The notes beneath the pieces were generated by a model. The model saw nothing but the letters and a program-made list of their open reading frames with translations. It had not been told where the DNA came from and made no database searches. This document shows, piece by piece, positions 9,043-22,663 of a stretch of DNA of 62,896 nt. Source of the stretch: Candidatus Eiseniibacteriota bacterium (GTDB lineage Bacteria; Eisenbacteria; RBG-16-71-46; CAZEPH01). Within the stretch, counting starts at the first letter, position 1, and each line of letters opens with the position of its first letter. The position numbers and the translations under genes are program-made. Where the stretch lies: positions 1-62,896 of the forward strand of contig JBGATO010000017.1 of NCBI GenBank assembly GCA_044229145.1, written 5' to 3'.

Positions 9043-11262
9043 CTAGGCAAGCCCCCAACGCTTGCGCAGCAGCCACTCCCCGGCGAGCAGGAGCAAGAGC
9101 AAGACCAACGTCGCCGGGTGGCTCCACATCTCGAGGCGTGCTCCCGGCACCTCGCGTGGCGTGTGCGCGAGGGTGCGCACGATGTTCGCGAGGGAAGCAT
9201 CGTCGGCGCGCACGAAGGTCCCACCCGATTCACGGGCCATCGCCGCGAGCGCGTCCTCGTCGACTCCGACATCGTCGAACTCGACGCTCCGGCGCGAGAC
9301 GCGCACGACACCGTTCGCGTCGCCGATCACCCGCCCGCCGGCTTCTGCCTGCGCGCGATAGGTGTAATCGCCCGGCGGCAGATCGGCGATGCGTGTGGTG
9401 AACCCGTCGCCTCGCGCGTCACGGGTCATCGCCCGGTCGAGTGCCGGTCCGCGCGCCGGTGTGAGGTGCAGCGCGAGACGTGCGTCGGCGCGCGGGGCAC
9501 GCAGAGTCGCCGTAAAACCCAAGTCGTCGCCGGCGCGGACGACGGGAGCGCTCGGCACGACGGTGAGCGGTGCGGTGGCGCCCTCGGCCAGCAGCCATGC
9601 CATCGCGGCTTGGACGACTGTACCGTAGGCCTCCGCGAGTTTGTCATCCGACGCCGCCGCGAGCTTCCATCGCCAGAAGCCGGAACCGTTCCACACCAAC
9701 GTGCGCCCGCCGCCAGCGTCGCGGGCGACTATCAGCGGCACATCGCCGCCGCCGCGCTGGGGGCCGCTCGGCCGTCCGAGAACGAGGACGCGGGCGTCGG
9801 GTTGCGGAGCGAGAGCCACGTCCCCGGCCACCACCGGCGGCAAATCGTCCCACAGCGCCGCGCTGGCGGCCGCGTCCCCGGCGATCGAGGTCAGCGCGTC
9901 GCCCCCGCCGGCTGCCGTCAGGGCGGGCTCAACCGTGCCTCCTGCAGCGCCGCCACCTCGGCGCACCGGCAGTACCTCTGCCAGCGCTCCCGCGAGCGCT
10001 GTGGCCAACGTGCCCCTGCTTCCGCCGGGCCCGGCGATCCACCACAATCCGGTGCCGGCGTCGACCGCGGTGCGAAGCGCGCCCTGTGTGGCGCCGGACA
10101 AGTCGCCTGGAGCGCAATTGACGAGCACGACGGCCCGGTACACACCGAACAGCGCCGCGGTCGCCGGTAGCGCGTCCACGGGAGGCTCGCCGATGCCGCG
10201 CCAGCCGCCCGGAGTGGCCACCAGTTGCGCTACTGCCAGCGAAGGGTCGGCGCTCAAGGCGCGCACCAGGAAGCTCGTCTCCCAGCCCGTCGTACCACTC
10301 ACCACCAGGACCTTTTGCCGCGTCTCCCGCACGTCGAGGGCGGCGTCCCACGCGTTGTTCTCGCGCGTCGCCTCGCCGCCGCGGGGCGCGGCCTCGGCGG
10401 TAAGGAAGTGGCGGCCTGGCGCCAGAGGGGGCAACGACAGCGGCACCGCAAGGTCGCCATCACCGCCGACGCGAGCGGTGGCACGCGCCAGCACGCGATT
10501 CCCTTCCCGCACGGTCACCGGGATCGTGGCCCCGGCCTCTCCCCGCGCCCGCAGCACAACCGCGACACTGGTCGATTCACCCGCGTAGACGGCGTCCGGC
10601 GCGTTGACGCCGGCCACCGCGACATCGTGTAGACGCGCCCGCGACCCGACCGACACGGCGACCACCGGCACGCCGAGTTCGCGGGCCGCACTCACCGGAT
10701 CGCGGCCGCGCGTCGAGACACCGTCGCTGAGCACCACCACGCCGGCGAGACCATCGCGCTCCACCGACTGCTGCACCGCTGCCAGCGCTTCGCCAAGCGC
10801 CGACGCCTGTCCCTCCGCGAGGCTATCCGCGGCCGGCATGGCGGCGCCGGTGGCGGCGAGTCCGCGGCCCACCGCGTAGGTCTTCAACGGCACGCCGGCG
10901 GCACCGCGCGCCACCTCCCAGGCGGCCGCCGCCTCGGCAGCGCGCGTCCGGCCGCCGCCCGCGTCGAGCGCCATACTGCGCGAGCGGTCGCCGAGCAACG
11001 CCAGCCGCGTCCGGCCGCCGGCGGCCCGTGAGGTCGCCAGGATCGGCCCGAGGAGCAGCACCAGCACGAGGGCGAAGGCGACAACCCGCATCGCCGCCAG
11101 CACGCTGGCACGGCCGCGGCCGACGACGCGCGCGCTCCGGCCGATGACGCGCACGGCGTACACGGCCAGCCCAAGCGCCGCCACCACCGTCACGGCGACG
11201 GCGAGCGGTCCAGCACCCAAGGTCAGGGAGATTCGCGCGAGAGCGGCGGCAGGCAGGGTCAC
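9043..11262 (-). CDS. Membrane-anchored vWA-domain protein with GATase-like domain
   Basis: N-terminal TM helices, DRSRS MIDAS motif, VVLSDG, WRW motif, C-terminal LLAGEWLLRKRWGL. Confidence 0.75.
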   Translation of the reverse strand: MTLPAAALARISLTLGAGPLAVAVTVVAALGLAVYAVRVIGRSARVVGRGRASVLAAMRVVAFALVLVLLLGPILATSRAAGGRTRLALLGDRSRSMALDAGGGRTRAAEAAAAWEVARGAAGVPLKTYAVGRGLAATGAAMPAADSLAEGQASALGEALAAVQQSVERDGLAGVVVLSDGVSTRGRDPVSAARELGVPVVAVSVGSRARLHDVAVAGVNAPDAVYAGESTSVAVVLRARGEAGATIPVTVREGNRVLARATARVGGDGDLAVPLSLPPLAPGRHFLTAEAAPRGGEATRENNAWDAALDVRETRQKVLVVSGTTGWETSFLVRALSADPSLAVAQLVATPGGWRGIGEPPVDALPATAALFGVYRAVVLVNCAPGDLSGATQGALRTAVDAGTGLWWIAGPGGSRGTLATALAGALAEVLPVRRGGGAAGGTVEPALTAAGGGDALTSIAGDAAASAALWDDLPPVVAGDVALAPQPDARVLVLGRPSGPQRGGGDVPLIVARDAGGGRTLVWNGSGFWRWKLAAASDDKLAEAYGTVVQAAMAWLLAEGATAPLTVVPSAPVVRAGDDLGFTATLRAPRADARLALHLTPARGPALDRAMTRDARGDGFTTRIADLPPGDYTYRAQAEAGGRVIGDANGVVRVSRRSVEFDDVGVDEDALAAMARESGGTFVRADDASLANIVRTLAHTPREVPGARLEMWSHPATLVLLLLLLAGEWLLRKRWGLA

Positions 11263-11305
11263 GGGGCTTCGACGTCCCGGCGGCGGGGAAGGTGCATGCG
11301 CGCGC

Positions 11306-12220
11306 TCAACTCGCGGGACGAATCCGCTGCGCGGCGGATCGCGGCACCGCGCGCGGCCGCCGCGCGTTGCGCAAGTTCACCACGCCGATGAGCACTGCTT
11401 GCACCATGTTCGCTCCATGCAGCACCGCGAGGGTGAGGGCCGTCAGCTCGCGCACGTGCGGCGCGTCGCGCGGTCCACAGAGGGCGGATGCGGCCAGGAG
11501 CAGCGCGGTGAGCGCGGTCCCCAGCACACCCGATGTCTTTCCGAATACCGTCGGCCGGATGGTGATCGGGCCGAAGCAGAGCAGAATGTACGTCGCCCCG
11601 GCCATCAAGAGGAAGCAGCGCGCGGCGACGAGCGCCGAGAGATACCACGGTGCCCAGCCGATCGCCGACATCGCCACGCAGACACAGACGCCGAGCGCTT
11701 GATCCGCCAGCATGTCGAGCACGGTACCGAGCCGCGTGATCTGCTGCCAGCGGCGCGCCATCCAGCCGTCCGCGACATCGGTGAGCGCGATCGCCACGTA
11801 GGCCACGGTGGCCGGCCACGCCAGACGCGCGACGACCAGCGTCACCAACACCGGCAGCACGACGAGACGCGCCAGCGTGCACAGTGTCGCCGCGGGAATG
11901 CGGCGCGGCATGCGGCCCGCGGCGTCGCGCAGCAGCCCGAGATGCACCGCCTGCCACGCCACCAGCACGGCGAGCCAGGCGATTTGCCACTCGAGATAGC
12001 GCCGCGCCATGTCGGGCGCCAGCGCCAGCGAGAGCACCAGCGCCCACACCAGCGTCGCGCCGATCACCGCCAGAGCGCTCACACCGAGCGAGCGCACCAC
12101 CTCCGGAGCCTCCCACGCCGTGGCGCGCGCCCGCGCGCAGCAGAGCCGCGTGTAGTGCCACCACGCGCGCGGTCCGAAGCGGCCACGCCGGAGATCGATG
12201 AGATACTCTTCGATGAACAC
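11306..12220 (-). CDS. CDP-alcohol phosphatidyltransferase family protein
   Basis: TDVADGWMARR...TRLGTVLDMLAD signature; extra N-terminal membrane segment. Confidence 0.85.
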   Translation of the reverse strand: MFIEEYLIDLRRGRFGPRAWWHYTRLCCARARATAWEAPEVVRSLGVSALAVIGATLVWALVLSLALAPDMARRYLEWQIAWLAVLVAWQAVHLGLLRDAAGRMPRRIPAATLCTLARLVVLPVLVTLVVARLAWPATVAYVAIALTDVADGWMARRWQQITRLGTVLDMLADQALGVCVCVAMSAIGWAPWYLSALVAARCFLLMAGATYILLCFGPITIRPTVFGKTSGVLGTALTALLLAASALCGPRDAPHVRELTALTLAVLHGANMVQAVLIGVVNLRNARRPRAVPRSAAQRIRPAS

Positions 12221-12321
12221 GCCGCGCTCTCGCGCCGGTCACGCGTTCGCCTCGCGCGACCTCGTCGACACGCTTCCGGCCCGCGCGGGACAGGCGAAGC
12301 CCGCGCGAGCCGGTCAACATT

Positions 12322-15360
<3,039 letters not shown>

Positions 15361-15450
15361 CGCCCTGCACTCCTCCCTGTGGATCGTGACTGCAAACGTT
15401 TACACCGCCTCGTCGCCGAGAGGGCCGGCGGAGGCCATCTGAAGCCGCGC

Positions 15451-15479
15451 AGTATACCGGTCCAGCGGAGGCCGGGCAA
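15451..15479 (-). promoter_or_regulatory. Sigma70-type promoter of ppdK
   Basis: TTGCCC-17 bp-TATACT on the minus strand. Confidence 0.6.
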
Positions 15480-15521
15480 TGCGCCAAGGGGTCGACGTGA
15501 GGCGCAGGCGGGCGGGGGTCG

Positions 15522-17270
15522 TTAGTCGACGAGCACGGAGCCGGTGACGGCGGCACCGTCGACCGTGGTGCGGGCGAAGTAGCGGCCGGGAGCGACACGG
15601 CGGCCGTGTTCGTCGCGCAAATCCCAGCGCACCAGCGTCTGGCGCACGGTGGCGAATCGCGCGGCGCGGCGATTGCCGGCCGGCAGGCGGGCGGCGAGCG
15701 TGCGGACGCAGCGGCCGTCGCTCGCGAAGATCCGCAGGGACGCCTCGGCTGCCTCGCCGTCCCCCGCGGTCAGCCACCAGATGGCGGCACTGTGCGCCGG
15801 CGCGCCGAGCGTCAACAACCGCGGCGCGTGCGGGTCTCCCCCGCCCGGCGGCGTCACCGACGACCCCGCGTACGCCAACGCTTGCAGCCCGCTCGGCTTG
15901 CCCCAGCCGTACAGCGTGTCCGGTGCGCTCGCGCGGTCCGCGGTGGAGCGCAGCGCGTCGCGCAGCGTCATCGGCGACCAGTCCGGATGTGCCTGCAACA
16001 ACAGCGCGCAGAGCGACGCCACCAGCGGCGTCGCCAGTGACGTCCCGCCGATGTACCCATACGAGAGCGTGTCGATCGGGTTGGCGACGACGACGTTGAC
16101 GCCCCGCGCCACCAGGTCCGGCTTGATGCGGCCGTCGGCGGTCGGCCCGCGCGAGCTGAAGCTCGCGAGCACGCCGAGCGAGTCGATCGCGCCGATCGAC
16201 AACACGCTGTCGGCGTCGGCGGGCGTCAGCATCTTCTGCCACGACGTCGCGCCGGAGTTACCCATCGCCGACACCACGACGAGGCCGCGCGCCACCGCCA
16301 TGTCGGCGGCGATCGTGGTGAGCGCGGTGTTGCCGTCGAGTTGCGCCTTGGTGTAGCCGCTGCCGTCCTCGAACGTCGAGTAACCGAGGCTGCTCGACAC
16401 CACGTCGGCTCCCAGACTGTCGGCCCATTCGAGCCCGGCGATCCAGGTGTCTTCCTCGATGTGGGTTTCGTGCGCGACGTCCTCGGTCTTCGCCAACGCG
16501 AATTGCGCCGCGTAGGCGCCGCCCTCGAACACGCCGGGCTGGTAGCCGCCGATCACGCTCCACGTCTCGGTGCCGTGGTAGCGCTGCGAGGCGAGGTCTT
16601 GTCCCGACTCGTTGTCGATGACGGTGTCGTGGTGCAGGAAGTCGTACGTGGCCAGGACCTGCGTCTGCGCGAAGGCGGGATGGTGCGCGGTGGCCCCGGT
16701 GTCGAGCATGCCGATCACGATGCCTTCGCCGTGATAGCCCTGCGTCTGGAGTTGGTCGATCTCGAGCGACGCGTTCTGCGAGTGCGAGAGGAGCACGGTG
16801 GGCTGAGCGGGCGCGAGTGGCGCACGTTCGACATCGAGTGCCTGCGGCTCGACGTGGCGGGTCTCCCGCCAGCCGCGCACCGGCAGCACCTGGGTGACCT
16901 GCGGCAACGCGGCCAGGCGCGCCAGCGCCGCGGGGGTGGCGTCGCCGCTGACCGCGCGCAACCAGCGGCTCTGCTGCCGCACGCGCAATCCCGCCGCCGC
17001 GAGCGCCTCGAGATCCGCCGCCGCCAGCGGCCGGTCGGCGAGGTCGCCGAGCGATGCCGGCGCGCGGCGCATCCGGCGGGCCAGCGCCCGTGGCGTCAGC
17101 GCCGGCCGCGCGTCGTCGCTGTGATAGCGCAGCATCGCCCACACCGCTCGCGTGTCGGACGGCGCCGCCGTGGCACTCCAGCGTGCGAGCGCGGCATCCA
17201 CGGGGGCGCTGACCGCCGGCACCGCACCGCACAGCGCCCACGCGACGGCGGCGCACAGCGCCCCCGTCAC
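15522..17270 (-). CDS. Secreted S8 subtilisin-like peptidase with FlgD-Ig-like C-terminal domain
   Basis: Catalytic triad LDTG, HGT, GTSLATP; C-terminal IFASDGRCVRTL...WDLRDEHGRRVAPGRYF. Start uncertain. Confidence 0.9.
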   Translation of the reverse strand: MTGALCAAVAWALCGAVPAVSAPVDAALARWSATAAPSDTRAVWAMLRYHSDDARPALTPRALARRMRRAPASLGDLADRPLAAADLEALAAAGLRVRQQSRWLRAVSGDATPAALARLAALPQVTQVLPVRGWRETRHVEPQALDVERAPLAPAQPTVLLSHSQNASLEIDQLQTQGYHGEGIVIGMLDTGATAHHPAFAQTQVLATYDFLHHDTVIDNESGQDLASQRYHGTETWSVIGGYQPGVFEGGAYAAQFALAKTEDVAHETHIEEDTWIAGLEWADSLGADVVSSSLGYSTFEDGSGYTKAQLDGNTALTTIAADMAVARGLVVVSAMGNSGATSWQKMLTPADADSVLSIGAIDSLGVLASFSSRGPTADGRIKPDLVARGVNVVVANPIDTLSYGYIGGTSLATPLVASLCALLLQAHPDWSPMTLRDALRSTADRASAPDTLYGWGKPSGLQALAYAGSSVTPPGGGDPHAPRLLTLGAPAHSAAIWWLTAGDGEAAEASLRIFASDGRCVRTLAARLPAGNRRAARFATVRQTLVRWDLRDEHGRRVAPGRYFARTTVDGAAVTGSVLVD

Positions 17271-17278
17271 GCGCGCCG

Positions 17279-17488
17279 CTACCCCTTGGCGCCGGGCATC
17301 TCCTTCACGGCGAAGATCCATGCGTGCCACAACTTCCCGTAGTAGACGATGAACACGCCGAGCACGATGACCACGACCACGGTGACCATCGACAGCACCG
17401 AGCGCGTCAGCTCGCGCCGCTTCCAGCTCCGGTAGAGGAACCAGGACAGCAGCAACAGGGCGATGAGGCGGATTTCCTCGCGGGTCAT
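17279..17488 (-). CDS. Small two-TM membrane protein
   Basis: 69 aa, two hydrophobic helices, AGGAG RBS, sits in operon order between lgt and the peptidase. Confidence 0.6.
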   Translation of the reverse strand: MTREEIRLIALLLLSWFLYRSWKRRELTRSVLSMVTVVVVIVLGVFIVYYGKLWHAWIFAVKEMPGAKG

Positions 17489-17507
17489 CGAACTCTCCTG
17501 CCCCCGA

Positions 17508-18272
17508 TCATCGCACGATCCCGCGGCGAGCGTCCACGGCGCGGAAGAAGGCCGGCGTCACGCAGCCGAGCACGACCATGCCGAGCGAGATGAACTGCGC
17601 GGTGGTAAGGCCCGCCACCTCCACCGGATTGCGCCGCCAGAACTCGACGATGAAGCGCTGCACGCCGCTCAGCACCAGGAACACGCCCCACGGGTTGCCG
17701 TCGGTGTGCGGGCGGCGGCGCAGCCAGAGCAGCAGGAAGAAGATCGGCAGGCACATCAGCACGTCGTAGACCGGCGTCGGATGCACGCGCTCGAGGGTCG
17801 GCACGGTGCCGTGCGGATAGCTCATCGCCCAGGGGACGGTGGACGGGCGGCCGTAGTCGCCGTCGCCCGAGAGCTGGCAGCCGATGCGGCCGAAGACGTA
17901 GCCGATGGTGATGCCGGGTCCGCAGGCGTCGGCGCACACCGCATAGGAAATCTGCGCGCGATACACCATCCACGCCACCGCCAACGCGCCGCCGATCAAG
18001 CCGCCGTAGAAGGTCAGCCCGCCGTTGGCGAGCAGGACGCCGACCGGATCGACGAGGAGATCGCGCCAGTGTTCGACGGCGTAGTAGAGCCGGCCGCCCG
18101 CCACGCCGCCGAGCAGCGCGGCGAGGAAGACCGTACCCGCGAAGTCGCCGTCGACACCGCGCCGCACGAGGTACGTGCGCACCGCGAAGTATCCCGCGAT
18201 GAAACCCAGCGCCATCATCAGGCCGAAGCTATAGACCTTGACCGGCCCGATCTGGAACAGCAGCGGATACAT
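17508..18272 (-). CDS. lgt: Prolipoprotein diacylglyceryl transferase
   Basis: MYPLLFQIGP, GGLTFYGGLIGG, GRIGC, HPTPVY, RFIVEFWR. Confidence 0.92.
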   Translation of the reverse strand: MYPLLFQIGPVKVYSFGLMMALGFIAGYFAVRTYLVRRGVDGDFAGTVFLAALLGGVAGGRLYYAVEHWRDLLVDPVGVLLANGGLTFYGGLIGGALAVAWMVYRAQISYAVCADACGPGITIGYVFGRIGCQLSGDGDYGRPSTVPWAMSYPHGTVPTLERVHPTPVYDVLMCLPIFFLLLWLRRRPHTDGNPWGVFLVLSGVQRFIVEFWRRNPVEVAGLTTAQFISLGMVVLGCVTPAFFRAVDARRGIVR

Positions 18273-18290
18273 GGCGCGGGTTCGCGGCGC

Positions 18291-19328
18291 TTACGCGAGC
18301 AGGCCGCGCGCGGCCGCGGGCACCTGCACGTCGGTGGTGATGTCGCCGGCGAGCAGGTCGCGGTAATTGCGCACTTCGCCGGTGGCGAACGCGGCGAGCG
18401 CCTCGCGCTCCTCCGCATTGAGCACGCCGAGTCGATCGAGCAGCGACACGACGGTCGGCGGGATCGCGCGCGACGCACCATCCTCGACTTTGAGCGACAG
18501 CCCGATGCCGCGATCGATGAGTCCGATCGCGTACACACCCTCGGCGCCGATCTTGCATGCCAGACGCCCACCGGTCGCGCGCATCAACGCGGTGTCGATG
18601 CGGCCTTCCCCGGCGATCATCTCCGGGTACGCCATCATCGCGCGGCGAATGCGCTGCGCCGCGGGCTCGGCGTCGTGCGCCGCGAAGCGCGCCCACGCGA
18701 GCGCGATCGACGACAGCGGCAAACGCAGCGTCGGCGCCGAACAGCCGTCGATCCCCCACGCCAGCGGGCGGCGCGGGATGTCGGCCCACTCGCACACCGA
18801 GTCGAGGATGAGCGACTGTGCCGGATGCTCGGGGTCGAGGTACCCCTCGGGGCTCCAACCGTTGGTGACCGCGAGCGCCAGCATGCCGGTGTGCTTGCCC
18901 GAACAGTTGTTGTAGATCGCCGAACGCGGCGCGCCCTGCCGCACATCCTCGCGCGTCACCTTGTCGCGCGGCCACTGGAAGCCGCAGGCCAGTTGCTCTT
19001 CGTGCAGGCCGAGCCGCGCCTGGAGGCCGCGGACAACCTCGACGTGACGCGGCGCCGCCGTGTGGCTCGCCGAGATGATCGCGATCTCTTCGTCGGTGAG
19101 ATGCAGCGTGTCGGCGTGCGCGCGCACCAGCGGCATCGCCTGGAACGGCTTCGCCGACGAGCGAAAGAACACCGGCAGGTCCGGTTCGCCCGCGCCGAAC
19201 AGCAGCGCGCCACTCGCGTCGACCACCGCGCAGTGGACGCGGTGCGCACTCTCGAGGAAGCCGCCACGCGTCACGTGACAGACGAAGGCCGGTGCCACAC
19301 CGGCACGCGCTGCGTTCGAAGCGGACAT
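18291..19328 (-). CDS. L-asparaginase, Rhizobium etli AnsA-type (class 3)
   Basis: RSSAKPFQA, NNCSGKHTGML, DGCSAP, KIGAEGV. Confidence 0.9.
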   Translation of the reverse strand: MSASNAARAGVAPAFVCHVTRGGFLESAHRVHCAVVDASGALLFGAGEPDLPVFFRSSAKPFQAMPLVRAHADTLHLTDEEIAIISASHTAAPRHVEVVRGLQARLGLHEEQLACGFQWPRDKVTREDVRQGAPRSAIYNNCSGKHTGMLALAVTNGWSPEGYLDPEHPAQSLILDSVCEWADIPRRPLAWGIDGCSAPTLRLPLSSIALAWARFAAHDAEPAAQRIRRAMMAYPEMIAGEGRIDTALMRATGGRLACKIGAEGVYAIGLIDRGIGLSLKVEDGASRAIPPTVVSLLDRLGVLNAEEREALAAFATGEVRNYRDLLAGDITTDVQVPAAARGLLA

Positions 19329-19339
19329 GAGTTCGATCC

Positions 19340-20884
19340 TTACGAGGTCAGGGCTTCGGTGTCGATCTGCGCGCGCTGCAGCCGCCCGCTGTAGTCGATG
19401 TACACCGACTTCCACTCGCTGAAGATGTCGAGCACGGTCTTGCCGGCTTCGCGGTGGCCGTTGCCGGTCTCCTTCACGCCGCCGAACGGCAAGTGCACCT
19501 CGGCACCGATGGTCGGCCCGTTGATGTACGTGATGCCGGCCTCGATGTCGCGGATGGCGCGCATCGCCGTCGTGATGTCGGCGGTGTAGATCGAACTGCT
19601 CAAACCGTACTTGGTGCCGTTGAGCACGCGAATCGCTTCGTCGGCGCCGTCGACCTCGATGAGGCACACCACCGGGCCGAAGATCTCTTCCTGCTCGATG
19701 CGCATGCCCGCCTTCACGCCCCCGAAGATGGTCGGCTTGTAGAACCAGCCCTTGGCGCAGGCACCGTCGGTGTGCGGCGCGCCGCCGAGCAGCAGCTTCG
19801 CGCCCTCGGCGAGGCCGATCTTCACGTACGCATCCGAGTTCTCGCGCTGCTTCTCGTTGACCTGCGGGCCGACCTGCGCGCCGGTGAGGCCATCGCCCAC
19901 CGCGAGTTCCTTGGCACGCGCCACCAGCATCTCGGTGAACTTCGCGGCGATCGGCTTGTCGAGGATGATGCGGCTGGTCGCCGTGCAGCGCTGGCCGGTG
20001 GTGCCGAAGGCGCCCCACAGCGCACCTTCGACCGCGAGTTCGAGGTCGGCGTCGCGCAGCACGATCTGCGCGTTCTTGCCGCCCATCTCGAGCGACAGGC
20101 GCTTGAGCGACGTGCCGCAGCGCGCCGCGATCGAGCGCCCAACCTCGGTGGAGCCGGTGAACGAGATGCAGCGGACGTCCGGGTGGTCCACCAGCGCGTT
20201 ACCGACGGTGGAGCCGCCGCCGGTCACCATGTTGATGACGCCGGCCGGGAATCCCGCCTCGATCATGCACTCGACCAGAAGCGCGACGCTGAGAGGCGTG
20301 TCGGTGGCCGGCTTGAAGATCACGGTGTTGCCGCAGACGAGCGCCGGGAACGACTTCCACGTCGGGATCGCCAGCGGGAAGTTCCACGGCGTGATGAGGC
20401 CGCAGACGCCGAGCGGCATGCGCACGGTCATCGCGAACTTGTTCGGCAGCTCGGCGGGCGTCGTTTCGCCGTAGAGGCGGCGGCCTTCGCCGGCGGCGAA
20501 GAAGGCGCAGTCGATGCCTTCCTGCACGTCGCCTCGCGTCTCGGTAAGCACCTTGCCCATCTCGCGGGTCATGACGCGGGCGATCTCTTCCTTGCGGTCG
20601 CGCAGGATCTCGCCGGTGCGGTGCACGAGTTCGGCGCGGCGCGGCGCCGGCACCAAACGCCAGGTCTCGTACGCCTTGGCGGCGGCAGCCACGGCGTCGT
20701 TGACGTCGTCGACGCCGGACTCGGCGCAGTGCCCGACCACTTCATCCCAGTTCGCCGGATTGCGCACCGCGAACGACTTGCCGGAGCGCGCGGCCACCCA
20801 CTGGCCGTTGATGAAGTTGGGGAACTGCAGGACGCCGTTGGCGGCGGTGGCGCTCGGCCGTGCGGCGGCAGCGGTCTGGCTCAT
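19340..20884 (-). CDS. Aldehyde dehydrogenase family protein
   Basis: ITPWNFP, FTGSTEVG, LEMGGKN, GQRCTA, EEIFGPV, PFGGVK. Confidence 0.95.
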   Translation of the reverse strand: MSQTAAAARPSATAANGVLQFPNFINGQWVAARSGKSFAVRNPANWDEVVGHCAESGVDDVNDAVAAAAKAYETWRLVPAPRRAELVHRTGEILRDRKEEIARVMTREMGKVLTETRGDVQEGIDCAFFAAGEGRRLYGETTPAELPNKFAMTVRMPLGVCGLITPWNFPLAIPTWKSFPALVCGNTVIFKPATDTPLSVALLVECMIEAGFPAGVINMVTGGGSTVGNALVDHPDVRCISFTGSTEVGRSIAARCGTSLKRLSLEMGGKNAQIVLRDADLELAVEGALWGAFGTTGQRCTATSRIILDKPIAAKFTEMLVARAKELAVGDGLTGAQVGPQVNEKQRENSDAYVKIGLAEGAKLLLGGAPHTDGACAKGWFYKPTIFGGVKAGMRIEQEEIFGPVVCLIEVDGADEAIRVLNGTKYGLSSSIYTADITTAMRAIRDIEAGITYINGPTIGAEVHLPFGGVKETGNGHREAGKTVLDIFSEWKSVYIDYSGRLQRAQIDTEALTS

Positions 20885-21045
20885 CGACTTCGTCTCCTCG
20901 TCGGTGCCCCGCGCGAGGCGGGGCGTGTCAGGGGCGGCGCGCGGTGACCTGCCGGCCGCACGCGCAGACGCGCCCGGAGGCCGGGCGCGTCGGGCACAAC
21001 GATTCTGTCACGGCGCGTCATCGCGCGCCCGGTCCGATCGGCGGA

Positions 21046-22650
21046 CTACGGCAGGACCACGAAGTGTCCGGTCGCTTCTTCGCCGGATTCGACGTTTTGG
21101 ACGTGATACAGGTAGATCCCGGCCTGGACGAGGTCGCCGCGCACATTGCGCACGTCCCAGTCCACCGCATCGATCACCGTATTGGTTTTCGACAGCTCAC
21201 GGACCAGATCGCCCGAGGCGGTGTACACCCGGACCGTCGCGCGGCGCGGCAGATGGATGAACTGGATCTTATGTTCGTCGGCCGTGCGGTTCCAGTACGC
21301 CTTCGACACCTTCACGTCGGCATCGCGGTAGTCGTGACCGTAATACGGGTTCGGCACCACGACGACGTTGGCCAGCGTGGTTCGCGGCGCGCTCTGCGGC
21401 ACGATGTCGCTCATGTTGTCGATCTTGAGCGTCATGTCGATGCCGGAGGTGTCCTGCGCGGTGATGGCGTAGTAGTAGTGCACGCCGGCGTGCGGCGCCG
21501 CCTTGTAGCGCTCGATCTCCGGCATGCGCTTCTCGACCCACAGCGATTCGGTCGGCACGCCGTTCACGAACTCGGTGTACGTCTTCTGACGCACGCGACG
21601 GAAGAAGAACGAGTCGGGGTCCGCGAAGCGACGCTCCCAGCCGACCTGCGTGTCCTCACCCACCAGCACGGTGTCCTTCCACGACCACCCGATCGAGTCG
21701 GGCAGGAAGGTGCGCGAATTGAGGCGGTCGCGCTGCTGCCGCGTGATGCTGCGCAGGAGCACGAGCTGCGCGGTGTCCGGCGAGGTACCACGCCAGACCT
21801 TGTAGCCATTGAAGCCGGGCAGCGCCTCGACGCGATCCGCGTACGCCTGACTCATCACGCCCTTGGCGTCGCCGGTGGTGTTCTGCCCCCACAGCAACGA
21901 CACTTGCCGCTCCTGGAACGAGGCGCTGAAACAGAACGGCTGGATCACCGTGAACGCACCCGCGAGCACATCGGTGCGACCGCTCTGGGAGAACACGATG
22001 TCGTACACGCCTACCGGAGCGCCGCCGATCGGCAGCGATACACCGACGACGAGCGAGTCGATGTACGACACGGTCACCGTGCCGGCCAATTCGACACCTT
22101 CGGCGTTCACCATCTTCACCGTCATGTTGGGCCCGAACACCGTCGAGTCCGCGAGCAGCAACGCGGCGAAGCGATAGGTGTTCGCGTTCACGGGCTGCAG
22201 CCCTTGCACCGAGTTGCAGTCGTCGGCGCGTACGCCGTTCGAGCCCGCGCTCGGGCGAACGACCACGTTCGCCGTGTGGCTGCCGAGGTTCTCACTCAGC
22301 ACCGAGTCCACGAACGCGACCGTCTGGCCGTTTTGCGTGAAATACGTGGTGTCGATCGACACGGCCTGCAGGTTGTAGACCGTCGATGTGCGAAGCCGGT
22401 CGAGGGTGACCATGTGCTCGGTCACCAGCTGCGGATCGTAGGCCGACCGGCTGCCGTACTCACGCGTCAGGCCGAACTTGACCTGCGAGGTCGCGGGCAC
22501 GTCCGTGGTCCAATTGACCGTCAGACTGCTCGTCGACCGGCTGCTCACGCGGAGGTTGCTGATCACCGGCGCCGCGGCCTGGGCGAGCCCGTTCACTCCG
22601 AGCGTCGCGAGCGCCGCGACCGACAGAGCGCGAAATGCGCGTCGTAGCAC
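21046..22650 (-). CDS. Secreted fibronectin-III protein with T9SS-like C-terminal domain
   Basis: Signal peptide, WTTDVPATSQVKFG FN3; C-terminal VVPNPY...IQFIHLP...VYTASGDLVREL...WDVRN...GIYLY. Confidence 0.75.
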   Translation of the reverse strand: MLRRAFRALSVAALATLGVNGLAQAAAPVISNLRVSSRSTSSLTVNWTTDVPATSQVKFGLTREYGSRSAYDPQLVTEHMVTLDRLRTSTVYNLQAVSIDTTYFTQNGQTVAFVDSVLSENLGSHTANVVVRPSAGSNGVRADDCNSVQGLQPVNANTYRFAALLLADSTVFGPNMTVKMVNAEGVELAGTVTVSYIDSLVVGVSLPIGGAPVGVYDIVFSQSGRTDVLAGAFTVIQPFCFSASFQERQVSLLWGQNTTGDAKGVMSQAYADRVEALPGFNGYKVWRGTSPDTAQLVLLRSITRQQRDRLNSRTFLPDSIGWSWKDTVLVGEDTQVGWERRFADPDSFFFRRVRQKTYTEFVNGVPTESLWVEKRMPEIERYKAAPHAGVHYYYAITAQDTSGIDMTLKIDNMSDIVPQSAPRTTLANVVVVPNPYYGHDYRDADVKVSKAYWNRTADEHKIQFIHLPRRATVRVYTASGDLVRELSKTNTVIDAVDWDVRNVRGDLVQAGIYLYHVQNVESGEEATGHFVVLP

Positions 22651-22663
22651 CAACACTGCCTCC